Made by a program: the position numbers and the translations under genes. This document shows positions 1 to 8,933 of a DNA stretch of 34,364 bases, piece after piece; positions within the stretch are counted from its first letter, which is position 1; the number at the start of each line of letters is the position of its first letter. Under the pieces are notes generated by a model. The model made no database searches, was not told the origin of the DNA, and saw only the letters and a program-made list of their open reading frames with translations. The stretch comes from Nitrospirota bacterium (GTDB lineage: Bacteria; Nitrospirota; UBA9217): the NCBI GenBank assembly GCA_041491325.1, contig JBGPUS010000001.1, forward strand, positions 1-34,364, given 5' to 3'.

Positions 1-516
1 CAAGTGGCGCCGAAGAGCGTTTCCTGGGGCGGCTCTCTGACCTTCGGCAAAACCGGACTGGGAGACGCGTTGCGGAGCCTCGGCGGGCTTACCCTACTGG
101 ATGCCTATGAACCCGGCATTTCTCCCGCGGACATGTACGAGCGGCGGCGGCAAGCCCTGCTGACGGACCTCTATTTCACGGGGACCAACGCCGTTACCGA
201 GGACGGCCAACTCGTCAATCTCGACATGACCGGCAATCGCGTGGGTGCGCTCCATTTCGGTCCGAAGCACGTTGTTGTTCTCATCGGACGGAACAAGATC
301 GTTGCGGGCATCGAGGACGCCATGATGCGTATCAAAGACTTTGCAGCGCCCGTGAATGCAATGCGGCTGGACAAGAAAACCCCGTGCGTGACCACCTCCG
401 AGTGCCAGGACTGCAAGAGCGCGGAACGAATCTGCAACGTCTGGACGATCACGGAGAAGTCGTTTCCGAAAAACAGGATCAAGGTCATATTGATCAATCA
501 GGACCTCGGAATCTAA
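1..516 (+). CDS. LUD-domain (DUF162, YkgG/LutC-like lactate-utilisation family) protein, C-terminal part; the 5' end lies outside the window
   Basis: The frame is open from base 1. The C-terminal sequence GTNAVTEDGQLVNLDMTGNRVGAL...VVVLIGRNKIV...CQDCKSAERICN resembles LUD-domain proteins of anaerobes. Family assigned from memory of the motifs only. Confidence 0.6.
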   Translation, partial: QVAPKSVSWGGSLTFGKTGLGDALRSLGGLTLLDAYEPGISPADMYERRRQALLTDLYFTGTNAVTEDGQLVNLDMTGNRVGALHFGPKHVVVLIGRNKIVAGIEDAMMRIKDFAAPVNAMRLDKKTPCVTTSECQDCKSAERICNVWTITEKSFPKNRIKVILINQDLGI

Positions 517-539
517 AAAGGGGAAGGAGAACAGCTCAT

Positions 540-890
540 ATGCAGGTGAAGGAGTATTCAGCGATCAAGGCCACGCACATAAACAATGACGCGGCAAAGG
601 GCATCGCGGCCCGTGTCGTTATCGGCAAGGCAGACGGCGCCCCGAATTTCTGCATGAGGGTTTTTGAAATCGCCGCGGGAGGAAATACCCCGCGCCATTC
701 CCATGATTGGGAACATGAAATGTTTATTCACTCCGGCGAAGGCGAAGTTTACGGCAAGGGCATGTGGACTAAGATAAAAGTCGGCGGCGTAGTATTCGTT
801 CCGGCCAATGAAGAGCACCAGCTAAGGAACCAGGGGAAAGGCGTGTTCACCGTCGTCTGTCTTGTTCCGTCCAAGGCCCCGGAACTATAA
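540..890 (+). CDS. cupin-domain protein (116 aa)
   Basis: ATG at 540 is preceded by the RBS aaaggggaaggaga. The cupin metal motif is present: HSHDWEHEMFIHSGEGEV ... VFVPANEEHQLRN. Confidence 0.75.
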   Translation: MQVKEYSAIKATHINNDAAKGIAARVVIGKADGAPNFCMRVFEIAAGGNTPRHSHDWEHEMFIHSGEGEVYGKGMWTKIKVGGVVFVPANEEHQLRNQGKGVFTVVCLVPSKAPEL

Positions 891-937
891 AAAGTAACTC
901 CGGTGACGGGCGAGGAGTCGCCATGGTTTTGCTTGTT

Positions 938-1754
938 TTAATGCCGATCCCGGTTATGCCCTCGCATATGCCACGCTCCCACATGCAGCTCCTTGGAAGA
1001 ATGCCTTGAGGCGGAGCCCAGCGGCGCAATCTCCCACCACCACGACGCATCAGGCCGGGATAGGGACAAACTGCCGATTGTGGAGCCTTGCTCGATCACG
1101 CTTCCTTCCTTGTTCTTGTAAACATATTCATGGTCGGCAATGAGACAAACCTCGCACGGCATTGCTTGAAGCGCATGATAATGGGCTTCATGGATCTGAT
1201 CACACCATGCGGCAATGGTCTCCTCGTCATACTCAGGCAACTTCTTCCGAACATAATCCTGAGGGATGGTTGAGAGCTGCGAGAGAATGTTCAAGGATAT
1301 GACAAGGCCGGTGCTTGCATCAATCTCAGGGATTGTCGGCTTGCTCACGGGAAGCTCATTCCGGCCCTGTTGCACATTCCAGAAAAGCGTTTCCGCCACG
1401 TTAGTGATGTCGCCTTGGATAGTTCGCGCATTTTTGTACTGCCTGATTCGCTTACGTACTTCCGGCAAATGCACTACATCCGCCAGCACCACGTCACGAA
1501 ACATTTTTGTCAGGGCCTCGACTCATCGCCGCGTCGAGCAGAAGACCCGAACCCAGTACTACGACCTTGTCCCGCTTTTGGCACTTTCCCGCAGCAGCAA
1601 GAATAAACTCTTTTGTGTTGTCGAGATGCGGTTGCCACCCGGCGTGTCGTCGTTGGTATCTTCCCCTGAGTGCAATTGCCTGGTAGAGATATTCCATGGA
1701 ACGGACATATTGAGGACACGGCGTTGTTATAGAGGTGATAATTTCACGCAGCAT
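938..1754 (-). pseudogene. class I SAM-dependent methyltransferase-like gene interrupted by a +1/-1 frameshift near 1505-1535
   Basis: ORF 1494-1754 ends just after a motif-I-like KVVVLGSGLLLD. ORF 938-1504, in a different frame, continues with VEALTKMFRDVVLADVVHLPEV, as expected after motif I. The two frames overlap by about 11-40 nt. Confidence 0.5.
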
Positions 1755-1830
1755 AGGTGTGGATTATACCAGAAGGATTTAAATATTGCAGGTAATTCAG
1801 TTTAGGGAGAATACGCGGCACTCGAAAGCG

Positions 1831-2814
1831 TCAGGGGCGGGTCCGCACGATTCCGATTTTATTGACGCCGCTGCATGCGATATAGACATCGCCGCTCGAA
1901 GTCGCAGCCATGTTGCGGATGACCCCGCCGCCCGAGGGCACGTGCCATTTAGTAAATTCCGTATTTTTCGGATCAAAGCGAACGATGGTGTTCGGTTCCG
2001 GCCCTGATTCGCTGTACCATACCGTGCCGTCCGGCGTGATCGCGATACCATAGGGTCTCGCGCGTTTTCCCCCTGGTGACGGCCACTCATCAACCTTGCC
2101 GGTTTTCGGGTCCAGCCTTCCGAGATAACCACGCTGATAATCCGTATAGTAGATCATATCGTCGTGAGTGATTGCCATTCTGCGAGGCCGCGACCCTTTC
2201 GGCAATACGAATTCAGTGAGCGTCATTGTTTCTGGGTCTATCCTCCCGATCCTATTGGTCCCGAGCTCGCAGAAAAAGGGAATGCCCCGGGAGTCCACGG
2301 CAATGCCGTACGGTTCCGAGTCGGGCGTGAGGGACCGCTGTAGCGTAACAAGCCCGGTTTCCGGATCGAGCCTGCCCACGAAATTTCCCGTGTGGACCGT
2401 GAACCAGAGTCTGCCCGCGTTGTCGAAGACCAGGGAGTGCGGGTCGCGCGCGGCGCGGTCAGGCATGGGATATTCCTTCACCTCTCCGGTGCGCGGGTCA
2501 AGCCTGCCGATGTAGCCTTTGTAGTTGGCCGTGAACCAGATGTTTCCTTCCCTATCCGCAACGAGTCCGTGCGGCCCGGAATCAGGAGTTTTGAGCCGGT
2601 ACTCCTTTATCGCGCCGGTAGACGGATCGAGCTTCCCGAGCGTGTTGGCCGTCATGCCGGTATACCAGAGCGAACCGTCAGGCCCCACCGCTGGATCGTG
2701 GGGAAATGATTTCGGCGTGGGCACGTCCCATTCTTTAATCGAGACAGTCTCGGTGCCGACTGCGGCGAGTGATACGAAAGCAATAAGGAAGAGTGAGAGG
2801 GTTTGAATGATCAT
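1831..2814 (-). CDS. secreted beta-propeller protein of the virginiamycin B (streptogramin) lyase-like family
   Basis: ATG at 2814 is preceded by GAGGAGG. Signal peptide MIIQTLSLFLIAFVSLAAVG. There are about 7 repeats of the type G.iWFT....g.iGRLDP.TG.v.Ey. Confidence 0.75.
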   Translation of the reverse strand: MIIQTLSLFLIAFVSLAAVGTETVSIKEWDVPTPKSFPHDPAVGPDGSLWYTGMTANTLGKLDPSTGAIKEYRLKTPDSGPHGLVADREGNIWFTANYKGYIGRLDPRTGEVKEYPMPDRAARDPHSLVFDNAGRLWFTVHTGNFVGRLDPETGLVTLQRSLTPDSEPYGIAVDSRGIPFFCELGTNRIGRIDPETMTLTEFVLPKGSRPRRMAITHDDMIYYTDYQRGYLGRLDPKTGKVDEWPSPGGKRARPYGIAITPDGTVWYSESGPEPNTIVRFDPKNTEFTKWHVPSGGGVIRNMAATSSGDVYIACSGVNKIGIVRTRP

Positions 2815-2933
2815 AGGCGCCTCCTCTGTATACAATTATTATACAACAGAAAAGAGCCTTTTTTTTCTTGCCACATTGGCCGGTCTATTGTACTCTTGCT
2901 GTACAGGGGATAATGGCTTAAAGAGGGGGTTTC

Positions 2934-3332
2934 ATGAACTGGAAAGTCGAAAATCGACGAATATTTCTATATCTAATCAGCGCCATTGTCCTGCTGGTCG
3001 GTTTAGGAAGCGCTATCTTGATTTATCAATCGGCAATGGACGATTCGGAGAGCAGTTCAGCGTATGAAATTGTTGGTGGACGTCTTTATCCGGGTTCCGG
3101 ATATGACAAAAAGTATGTTCACGACCTGCAACTCTACGGCGGACAGGCTGCTGTGCTTGCGGACCGGTTCATGCGCTGGTTCGACGGATTGTGGCATGGA
3201 GAGTCACTCGCCTATACAGTAGCCGTGATTACACTTCTGATAGCGTTGGTCTTTTTCGTCGCTGCCAAGAAGTCGCGAGCCCGTTTGTCATCTGATGGCC
3301 GCAATGAAAACAGCCGGGATGGGACTGTGTAA
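2934..3332 (+). CDS. hypothetical membrane protein with two predicted TM helices
   Basis: RBS agagggggt lies upstream of the ATG. Hydrophobic segments IFLYLISAIVLLVGLGSAILI and YTVAVITLLIALVFFVAA. No recognisable domain. Confidence 0.5.
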   Translation: MNWKVENRRIFLYLISAIVLLVGLGSAILIYQSAMDDSESSSAYEIVGGRLYPGSGYDKKYVHDLQLYGGQAAVLADRFMRWFDGLWHGESLAYTVAVITLLIALVFFVAAKKSRARLSSDGRNENSRDGTV

Positions 3333-3362
3333 TTGATTGATAGACAATTATAGAGAGATGCC

Positions 3363-4067
3363 ATGACCGCACAGATACTTAAGCAAAAACTACAAAAGCT
3401 CGCGAACAAAGACAAAGCAAAACTTCTCCAGGGTTTTTTCAAGACCGGGCTCGGGGAGTACGGGGAAGGGGACATCTTTCTTGGTATCAATGTGCCGACG
3501 CTCAGGATGTTGTCAAAAGAGCATGATGGCATCTCCTTGAATGAGACGATGAAGCTTCTCAAATCCCCGATCCACGAAGAACGCTTGCTCGCTCTTTTAA
3601 TGCTTGTTCGCGCTTTTTCAAAGGGCGACGAAGCTCTTCAAAAAAAGATCTATGACTTTTACCTCAAGAACACAAAATATATCAACAATTGGGACCTCGT
3701 GGATCTGACTGCGCCGAACATTGTCGGGACGTATCTCCTGGGCAAGAACAAAAAGCCACTTTACGAGCTTACGAAATCGAGTGATCTCTGGAAACGCAGA
3801 ATCTCGGTCCTGTCGACGTTTTCGTTTATCAAGCAGAATGATTTCTATGACGCTTTCAAAATCGCGCATTGTCTTTTGGCGGACGAACATGATTTGATCC
3901 ACAAAGCCGTGGGTTGGATGCTGCGCGAAATAGGAAAGCGCGATCTTTATGCAGAGGAGCAATTTCTCAAATCTCGGTATAAAAAAATGCCGCGCACCAT
4001 GCTTCGGTATGCTATCGAGCGGTTCCCGGAAGCGAAGAGGAAGCAGTATCTGAACGGGAAAGCATGA
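3363..4067 (+). CDS. DNA alkylation repair protein (AlkD-like HEAT-repeat family)
   Basis: Family hallmarks are present: KDKAKLLQGFFKTG.GEYGEGD.FLGI.VP, NNWDLVDLTAPNIVG, HKAVGWMLRE.GK. Confidence 0.8.
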   Translation: MTAQILKQKLQKLANKDKAKLLQGFFKTGLGEYGEGDIFLGINVPTLRMLSKEHDGISLNETMKLLKSPIHEERLLALLMLVRAFSKGDEALQKKIYDFYLKNTKYINNWDLVDLTAPNIVGTYLLGKNKKPLYELTKSSDLWKRRISVLSTFSFIKQNDFYDAFKIAHCLLADEHDLIHKAVGWMLREIGKRDLYAEEQFLKSRYKKMPRTMLRYAIERFPEAKRKQYLNGKA

Positions 4068-4295
4068 AAAGTACAGGTGAGGTCGTTTAGGGCTTCTGTG
4101 CAGCCTGCATTCGGCCGTGGTCTGTTATGAGATCGCACCCATGTTCTTTTTCTTCTCTTCTTCTATGATCGCTTCAGTACTTGTATTTGCTGCCTGCTTC
4201 AGCTCATTGCATGACGGCTGCGCTGGGAGCCGGTTGCGAAGGTTTTCATAAATGTTCTGAACGGCCTTTCCGGCATTTTCTCGACCATTGTAAAG

Positions 4296-4841
4296 TTGCA
4301 CTACCGAAAACGGGGCGACGTGAAAAGTATTAATTATGGAAAGACCGGTTTCACCGTTGTCATGGCTGTTTACGGGATCATCTGCGCCCGGGACGTCACG
4401 GTCTACCGCTTCCTCGACCGGGTGGATTTGATCGCGCACGAAGCGGGACATCTTTTCTTCAGTTGGTTCGGTGAGTTTATCCAGGTCGCGGGCGGAACGA
4501 TAGGCCAGCTCTTTGTGCCGGCTGCCCTTACCGGGTACTTCTTTTTCCGGAAAGAATTATTCCCCTCGTCAGTCACGCTTTTCTGGATCGGCCAGAACCT
4601 GTTTAACATATCGATTTATATCAGAGACGCGCAAGCCATGGCACTGCCGTTGGTATCGGTGGGCGGCGGAGAAGATACGATTCATGACTGGAACTATCTT
4701 CTATCGCGCGTAGGGCTTCTTCGTTACGACCATACAATCGGCTCTTTGATCTATGGCCTTGGTCTGCTCGTCATGATTGCCGCAGTCATCATGGCCGCTT
4801 ATTGGTCGATCGACACGGAATCTGAAGCTGATCCTAAGTAA
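4296..4841 (+). CDS. hypothetical integral membrane protein with an HExxH (HEAGH) motif; start uncertain (TTG 4296 or ATG 4362)
   Basis: GC-rich third codon positions from about 4362 onward. Several hydrophobic helices. HEAGH lies next to a helix, reminiscent of membrane-embedded zincins. No strong RBS at either start. Confidence 0.5.
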   Translation: MHYRKRGDVKSINYGKTGFTVVMAVYGIICARDVTVYRFLDRVDLIAHEAGHLFFSWFGEFIQVAGGTIGQLFVPAALTGYFFFRKELFPSSVTLFWIGQNLFNISIYIRDAQAMALPLVSVGGGEDTIHDWNYLLSRVGLLRYDHTIGSLIYGLGLLVMIAAVIMAAYWSIDTESEADPK

Positions 4842-4886
4842 AGATAACAAGGTTGCGGCGTCGAAAAAAAGGGAAGGGTTTTTCGA

Positions 4887-6143
4887 GTGAATAAAAAGCA
4901 GATCATCAGCTGGTGTTTCTTCGACTTCGCGAACTCAAGCTACTCCGCGGTCATTGCCGCGGTCGTTTTCCAGGTTTATTACATCAACGTAATCGTGGGA
5001 AATGCCGGGGGCAGCGGCGATCTCTGGTGGGGGAGGGCCATCTCGCTCAGCATGCTTGTGGTGTCGCTCTCGTCCCCGTTTCTGGGCGGGATCGCGGATT
5101 ACGCGGGCCGCAGAAAAGGCCTGCTCGCCGGTTACACGTTCGTCTGCATCGCCGCGGTCGCCGGATTCGCCCTGCTTTCTCCCGGTGCGATTTTTATCGG
5201 GTTTGTGCTGATCGTGCTCGCGAACATCGGCATGGAAGGGGGACTCGTCTTTTACAACTCTTTCCTGCCCCAGATAGCGCGACCGGACTACCAGGGACGG
5301 GTCTCGGGCTGGGGGTTCGGTGTCGGGTACGCAGGCTCGATCGTTTCGCTCCTGATCGCGCTCCCCCTTGCGCAGACAGGGCGTTTTGATCTTATCTGGC
5401 TCATGGTTGCCGCGTTCTTTGCAATTTTCTCTCTCCCCGCTTTTCTGTTCCTGCCCCATGATACAACGACGGGCGCTTCCGTATTCCGGGCTGGAATCAA
5501 CGGCAGCAGGAACGCGCTGAAGACGCTTCGGGAAATCTGGTCCCGCAAAGAGCCGAGAAAATTCCTCCTCGCCTACCTGATCTACGAGGACGGGGTCAAC
5601 ACCGTGATCGTTTTTTCGAGCAGCCTGGCGGCCACGACGTTCGGGTTCAACCAGGGCGAACTCATAGCGCTGTACCTTGTCGTTCAGGTCACGGCACTTG
5701 TGGGAGCGGTTCTTCTTTCCAAGCCGACGGACACCTGGGGGCCTAAGAACGTGGTGCTCGTTTCCCTCCTTCTCTGGGCGTTTGTGGCGGTGGCCGCGTA
5801 TTTCGTCCAAACCAAAGGCGAGTTCTGGTTTATCGCCTGCACAGCGGGCCTGGGGCTCGGTTCGGTGCAGGCCGGGACCCGCGCATTCTTTACGCAGTTT
5901 GTGCCTGCGGGAAAGGAAGCCGAGTATTTCGGCGTTTACTCCTTTGTGGGGAAATCCTCGGCCGTTCTCGGCCCGCTTGTTTTCGGCCAGGTTTCCGCCG
6001 CGTTCGGGAGCCAGCGTCCCGCCATACTTTCCATTGCCGCATTCTTTGTGGTCGGGCTGGTCCTGCTCGGCAGAGTGAAGGGGGGAGGGCCGAATGTAGT
6101 TGCTCGGCATTCAGCAGGAGGGGATTCCGCATCCGGCGCGTGA
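4887..6143 (+). CDS. MFS transporter, UMF1/Atg22-like family
   Basis: GTG start after gggaaggg. N-terminus WCFFDFANSSYSAVI is typical of the UMF1 family. About 12 hydrophobic helices. Confidence 0.85.
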   Translation: MNKKQIISWCFFDFANSSYSAVIAAVVFQVYYINVIVGNAGGSGDLWWGRAISLSMLVVSLSSPFLGGIADYAGRRKGLLAGYTFVCIAAVAGFALLSPGAIFIGFVLIVLANIGMEGGLVFYNSFLPQIARPDYQGRVSGWGFGVGYAGSIVSLLIALPLAQTGRFDLIWLMVAAFFAIFSLPAFLFLPHDTTTGASVFRAGINGSRNALKTLREIWSRKEPRKFLLAYLIYEDGVNTVIVFSSSLAATTFGFNQGELIALYLVVQVTALVGAVLLSKPTDTWGPKNVVLVSLLLWAFVAVAAYFVQTKGEFWFIACTAGLGLGSVQAGTRAFFTQFVPAGKEAEYFGVYSFVGKSSAVLGPLVFGQVSAAFGSQRPAILSIAAFFVVGLVLLGRVKGGGPNVVARHSAGGDSASGA

Positions 6144-6145
6144 AT

Positions 6146-6181
6146 AAGGCGGGAAAGCGTTTGCTCGCGCTTCCCCGCCTT
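6146..6181. terminator. strong hairpin between convergent genes (possible bidirectional terminator)
   Basis: aaggcgggaaagcg / cgcttccccgcctt gives 13 bp with one mismatch. No clear U-tract on either strand. Confidence 0.45.
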
Positions 6182-6227
6182 CGTAATGGATTGCCTATCT
6201 CAGTTTCCCGGGTATAATAAAGGCGGG

Positions 6228-6566
6228 TTACTGTGATACGTCGGCTCTTCGATCATTATGCTTTTTCCGGGCGATGTTTTTGCTCGCTCTGTTTTGCTCC
6301 CTCGTGAGCTTCCGTCGTTCCTTCTTGGTGAGCTTGCCGTCGGATTTCATACGCGCTTCGTCCTGCTTGATCTTGGTTTGCTGTTTCTCAAGCCTTCCCG
6401 CTTCACCGGGCGTGAGCTGGCCGCTTTTCTCGCCCTGCTCGATCCGCTTTTCCTGGTTCTGCTCCCGTTTCTGAATGCGGGGGTCATCCGTACCCGCATA
6501 GAGCGCGGAGGTCATCAGGAACGTCGCAGCGCTGATGCCGAGAATGGTTTTCATGCAAAGTTTCAT
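6228..6566 (-). CDS. small secreted K/E/Q/R-rich protein, possibly a CpxP/Spy-like LTXXQ-motif periplasmic protein
   Basis: RBS AAGGAG lies 8 nt upstream. Signal peptide MKLCMKTILGISAATFLMTSALYA. Charged, helical-looking remainder with one exact LTXXQ (LTREQ). Confidence 0.55.
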   Translation of the reverse strand: MKLCMKTILGISAATFLMTSALYAGTDDPRIQKREQNQEKRIEQGEKSGQLTPGEAGRLEKQQTKIKQDEARMKSDGKLTKKERRKLTREQNRASKNIARKKHNDRRADVSQ

Positions 6567-6906
6567 GGTGTATCTCCTTATCGAGTGATGGAATTTCTAA
6601 TTACGTATTGCAGCATCCGTGAACGTGCCGCTCCTCCTTTCTCATGGTAATCACGTTCTCTCTGGAGCATCGACAAACTGCTCTATTAGACAGCTCGGTC
6701 AACCAAAGGTTTAACGCTCCATAAAATCTTTTATGTTGAACATTCAGACGAAATATGATGTAATGATAGCACTGTTCTTAAAAGCGGCCTTTGCAACAGC
6801 GGATGATACCCTGCATTCGCGGCAAGCGCTCATAGACGCTGGGCACGAGACACCGTGAAATCCAAAAATCAATAACGTAAGTCAGGAAAAAGTTTCTACG
6901 ACGCCT

Positions 6907-7422
6907 ATGCTCATAACTATCATCGCAGCGATGGACGAAAACCGTGTGATCGGCCGTGACAACCAAATGCCCTGGGACCTTCCTTCGGACCGGAAACGGT
7001 TCCATGCCATCACGCGGGCGCATCCCGTTATCCTGGGCAGGAAAACCTTTGAAAGCATCGGCCGCCCGCTTTCGAACAGGAAGAATATCGTGCTCTCCAG
7101 GCAGGAGGACTACCACGCGGCGGGCTGCACAGTCGTCCACGGTCTGGAAGCGGCGTTTGCCGCGTGCGCGGGCGCGGCCGAGGCGTTTATCTGCGGAGGC
7201 GAAGAGGTCTTCCGCGAGACCATAGCGCTGGCGGACCGCCTCTACCTTACGATCGTGCATGAGGAGTTCGACGGGGACGCCTACTTCCCGGAGATTCCGC
7301 CGTTTTTTGAAGAAGTCGGGCGGAGGACGATCGAGGACTTTATTTCTTATGATATTGTTTTTTACAAAAAGAAGGAACCCATCGCAGTCGCCGAACCGCT
7401 GATGAGCGAGGGACGCCCGTGA
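6907..7422 (+). CDS. folA: dihydrofolate reductase
   Basis: MLITIIAAMDENRVIGRDNQMPWDLPSDRKRF...VILGRKTFESIGRPLSNRKNIVLS is the canonical DHFR N-terminal pattern. Confidence 0.9.
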   Translation: MLITIIAAMDENRVIGRDNQMPWDLPSDRKRFHAITRAHPVILGRKTFESIGRPLSNRKNIVLSRQEDYHAAGCTVVHGLEAAFAACAGAAEAFICGGEEVFRETIALADRLYLTIVHEEFDGDAYFPEIPPFFEEVGRRTIEDFISYDIVFYKKKEPIAVAEPLMSEGRP

Positions 7423-8792
7423 TGAAATCGAAATCCAAAACCGTGTACGTCTGCCAATCCTGCGGGACCCAGTCTCCGCGCTGGATGGGCAAGTGTCCGG
7501 ACTGCGGCCAGTGGAACACCATGGTCGAGGAGCGGGTTGAGAAGCCGAAGGACGTGGGGAGCGCAAAGCGCCGCGACGGGGCGGAGCCGCTCCTGCTGGG
7601 CGATATCCAGACGAGCGACGAGGACCGATTCGTTACGAAGATCGGCGAACTCGACCGCGTGCTCGGCGGCGGCATCGTGTCCGGCTCCGTGGTGCTGATC
7701 GGCGGAGATCCCGGCATCGGCAAGTCAACGCTCGTACTCCAGATGCTTCGGCAGGTATCGGAACTGCGCGGCAAGGCACTCTACGTCTCCGGCGAGGAAT
7801 CGCCGGCGCAGATCAAGATGCGTGCGCTCCGTCTCGGCGTCAAGACGGAGAACCTCTATGTGCTTGCGGAAACGCAGCTCGAGGAAATTATTCACGCGGC
7901 GGATGGATTGCAGCCGCAGGTCCTGGTCGTCGATTCGGTACAAACGGTATTCACCTCGGAGCTTCCGTCGGCGCCGGGCAGCGTGGGCCAGGTGCGCGAG
8001 GTGTCCGGCAGGCTCATGCTGCATGCCAAACGCACGGGCATGCCCACCTTTCTTATCGGTCATGTGACCAAGGATGGCGCCATTGCCGGACCGCGCGTGC
8101 TCGAACACATCGTGGATACGGTGCTTTATTTCGAGGGTGACAAGGGGCACTCTTTCCGCATTTTGCGCGCGGTCAAGAACCGTTTCGGTTCCACGAACGA
8201 AATCGGCGTGTTCGAGATGAAGGAGAGCGGGCTCGCCGAAGTTTCAAATCCGTCGGAAATATTTCTTGCGGAGCGGCCCGCGGACGCAACCGGCTCCGTG
8301 GTGGTCTCGTCCCTCGAGGGTACGCGGCCGATCCTCGCTGAACTCCAGGCCCTGGTCGCCCCGTCGAAGCTTACGATGCCCAGGAGAACCTGCATCGGCG
8401 TCGATTTCAACCGCGTTTCGCTCCTGCTTGCCGTGCTCGAAAAGCGCGTGGGTATGCACCTCATGGGCATGGACGTGTTCGTGAACATCGTGGGCGGGCT
8501 CAAGATCGACGAACCGGCCATCGACCTCGGCGTGATCGCGGCTGTGGCGTCGAGTTTTCGCGAGCGGGCTATCAACGCTCAGACCGTGGTGATGGGTGAA
8601 GTCGGACTTGCCGGCGAAGTACGCGCTATTTCTCAGGCCGAGGCGCGGATCAAGGATGCGGCCAAGCTCGGATTCACGCGCTGTGTGCTGCCTGCGTTGA
8701 ACGTCGAGAAGATGGAGAAATCCGCCGCGATCAGGAAAATGGAACTTATCGGCGTGCGCACGGTGGATGAAGCGATGGAACGCCTTTTTTAA
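7419..8792 (+). CDS. radA: DNA repair protein RadA/Sms (start GTG 7419 or ATG 7422, overlapping the folA stop)
   Basis: Zinc finger CQSCGTQSPRWMGKCPDCGQWNT, Walker A GDPGIGKST, KNRFG motif, Lon-like C-terminal domain. Confidence 0.95.
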   Translation: MMKSKSKTVYVCQSCGTQSPRWMGKCPDCGQWNTMVEERVEKPKDVGSAKRRDGAEPLLLGDIQTSDEDRFVTKIGELDRVLGGGIVSGSVVLIGGDPGIGKSTLVLQMLRQVSELRGKALYVSGEESPAQIKMRALRLGVKTENLYVLAETQLEEIIHAADGLQPQVLVVDSVQTVFTSELPSAPGSVGQVREVSGRLMLHAKRTGMPTFLIGHVTKDGAIAGPRVLEHIVDTVLYFEGDKGHSFRILRAVKNRFGSTNEIGVFEMKESGLAEVSNPSEIFLAERPADATGSVVVSSLEGTRPILAELQALVAPSKLTMPRRTCIGVDFNRVSLLLAVLEKRVGMHLMGMDVFVNIVGGLKIDEPAIDLGVIAAVASSFRERAINAQTVVMGEVGLAGEVRAISQAEARIKDAAKLGFTRCVLPALNVEKMEKSAAIRKMELIGVRTVDEAMERLF

Positions 8793-8835
8793 AAAGCGAC
8801 GGCAAAATTCCAAATCACAAATATCAAATAATATC

Positions 8836-8889
8836 CAAGCGCCAAAGTCTCAAATTCCAATGATTTGGAATTTGGCGCTTGATTTTTGG
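8836..8889 (+). terminator. rho-independent terminator candidate downstream of radA
   Basis: Lower stem caagcgccaaa (8836-8846) pairs with tttggcgcttg (8871-8881). Upper stem ttccaa pairs with ttggaa. The hairpin is followed by aTTTTTgg. Confidence 0.6.
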
Positions 8890-8933
8890 AATGTATTTGT
8901 CATTTGAAGCTTGCGATTTGGTGATTGATTAAT

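Noticed and set aside
909-940. Weak hairpin (GGCGA ggag TCGCC) plus a U-rich tract after the cupin gene, as a terminator
   Set aside because: The stem is only 5 bp and it overlaps the end of the convergent minus-strand ORF, so it is too weak to annotate.
4125-4451. 108-aa minus-strand ORF overlapping the 5' end of the HExxH membrane protein gene
   Set aside because: The part overlapping 4362-4451 is antisense to a frame with clearly GC-rich third positions. The remaining 4125-4300 portion has no RBS, no ATG of its own and neutral codon bias. A small acidic protein here cannot be excluded, but nothing supports it.
4935-6110. 391-aa minus-strand ORF covering almost the whole MFS transporter gene
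   Set aside because: It is an antisense shadow ORF of a GC-rich gene. Its composition is R/G/P/E-rich and low-complexity, with no recognisable motif, while the plus-strand product has a clear UMF1 MFS signature.
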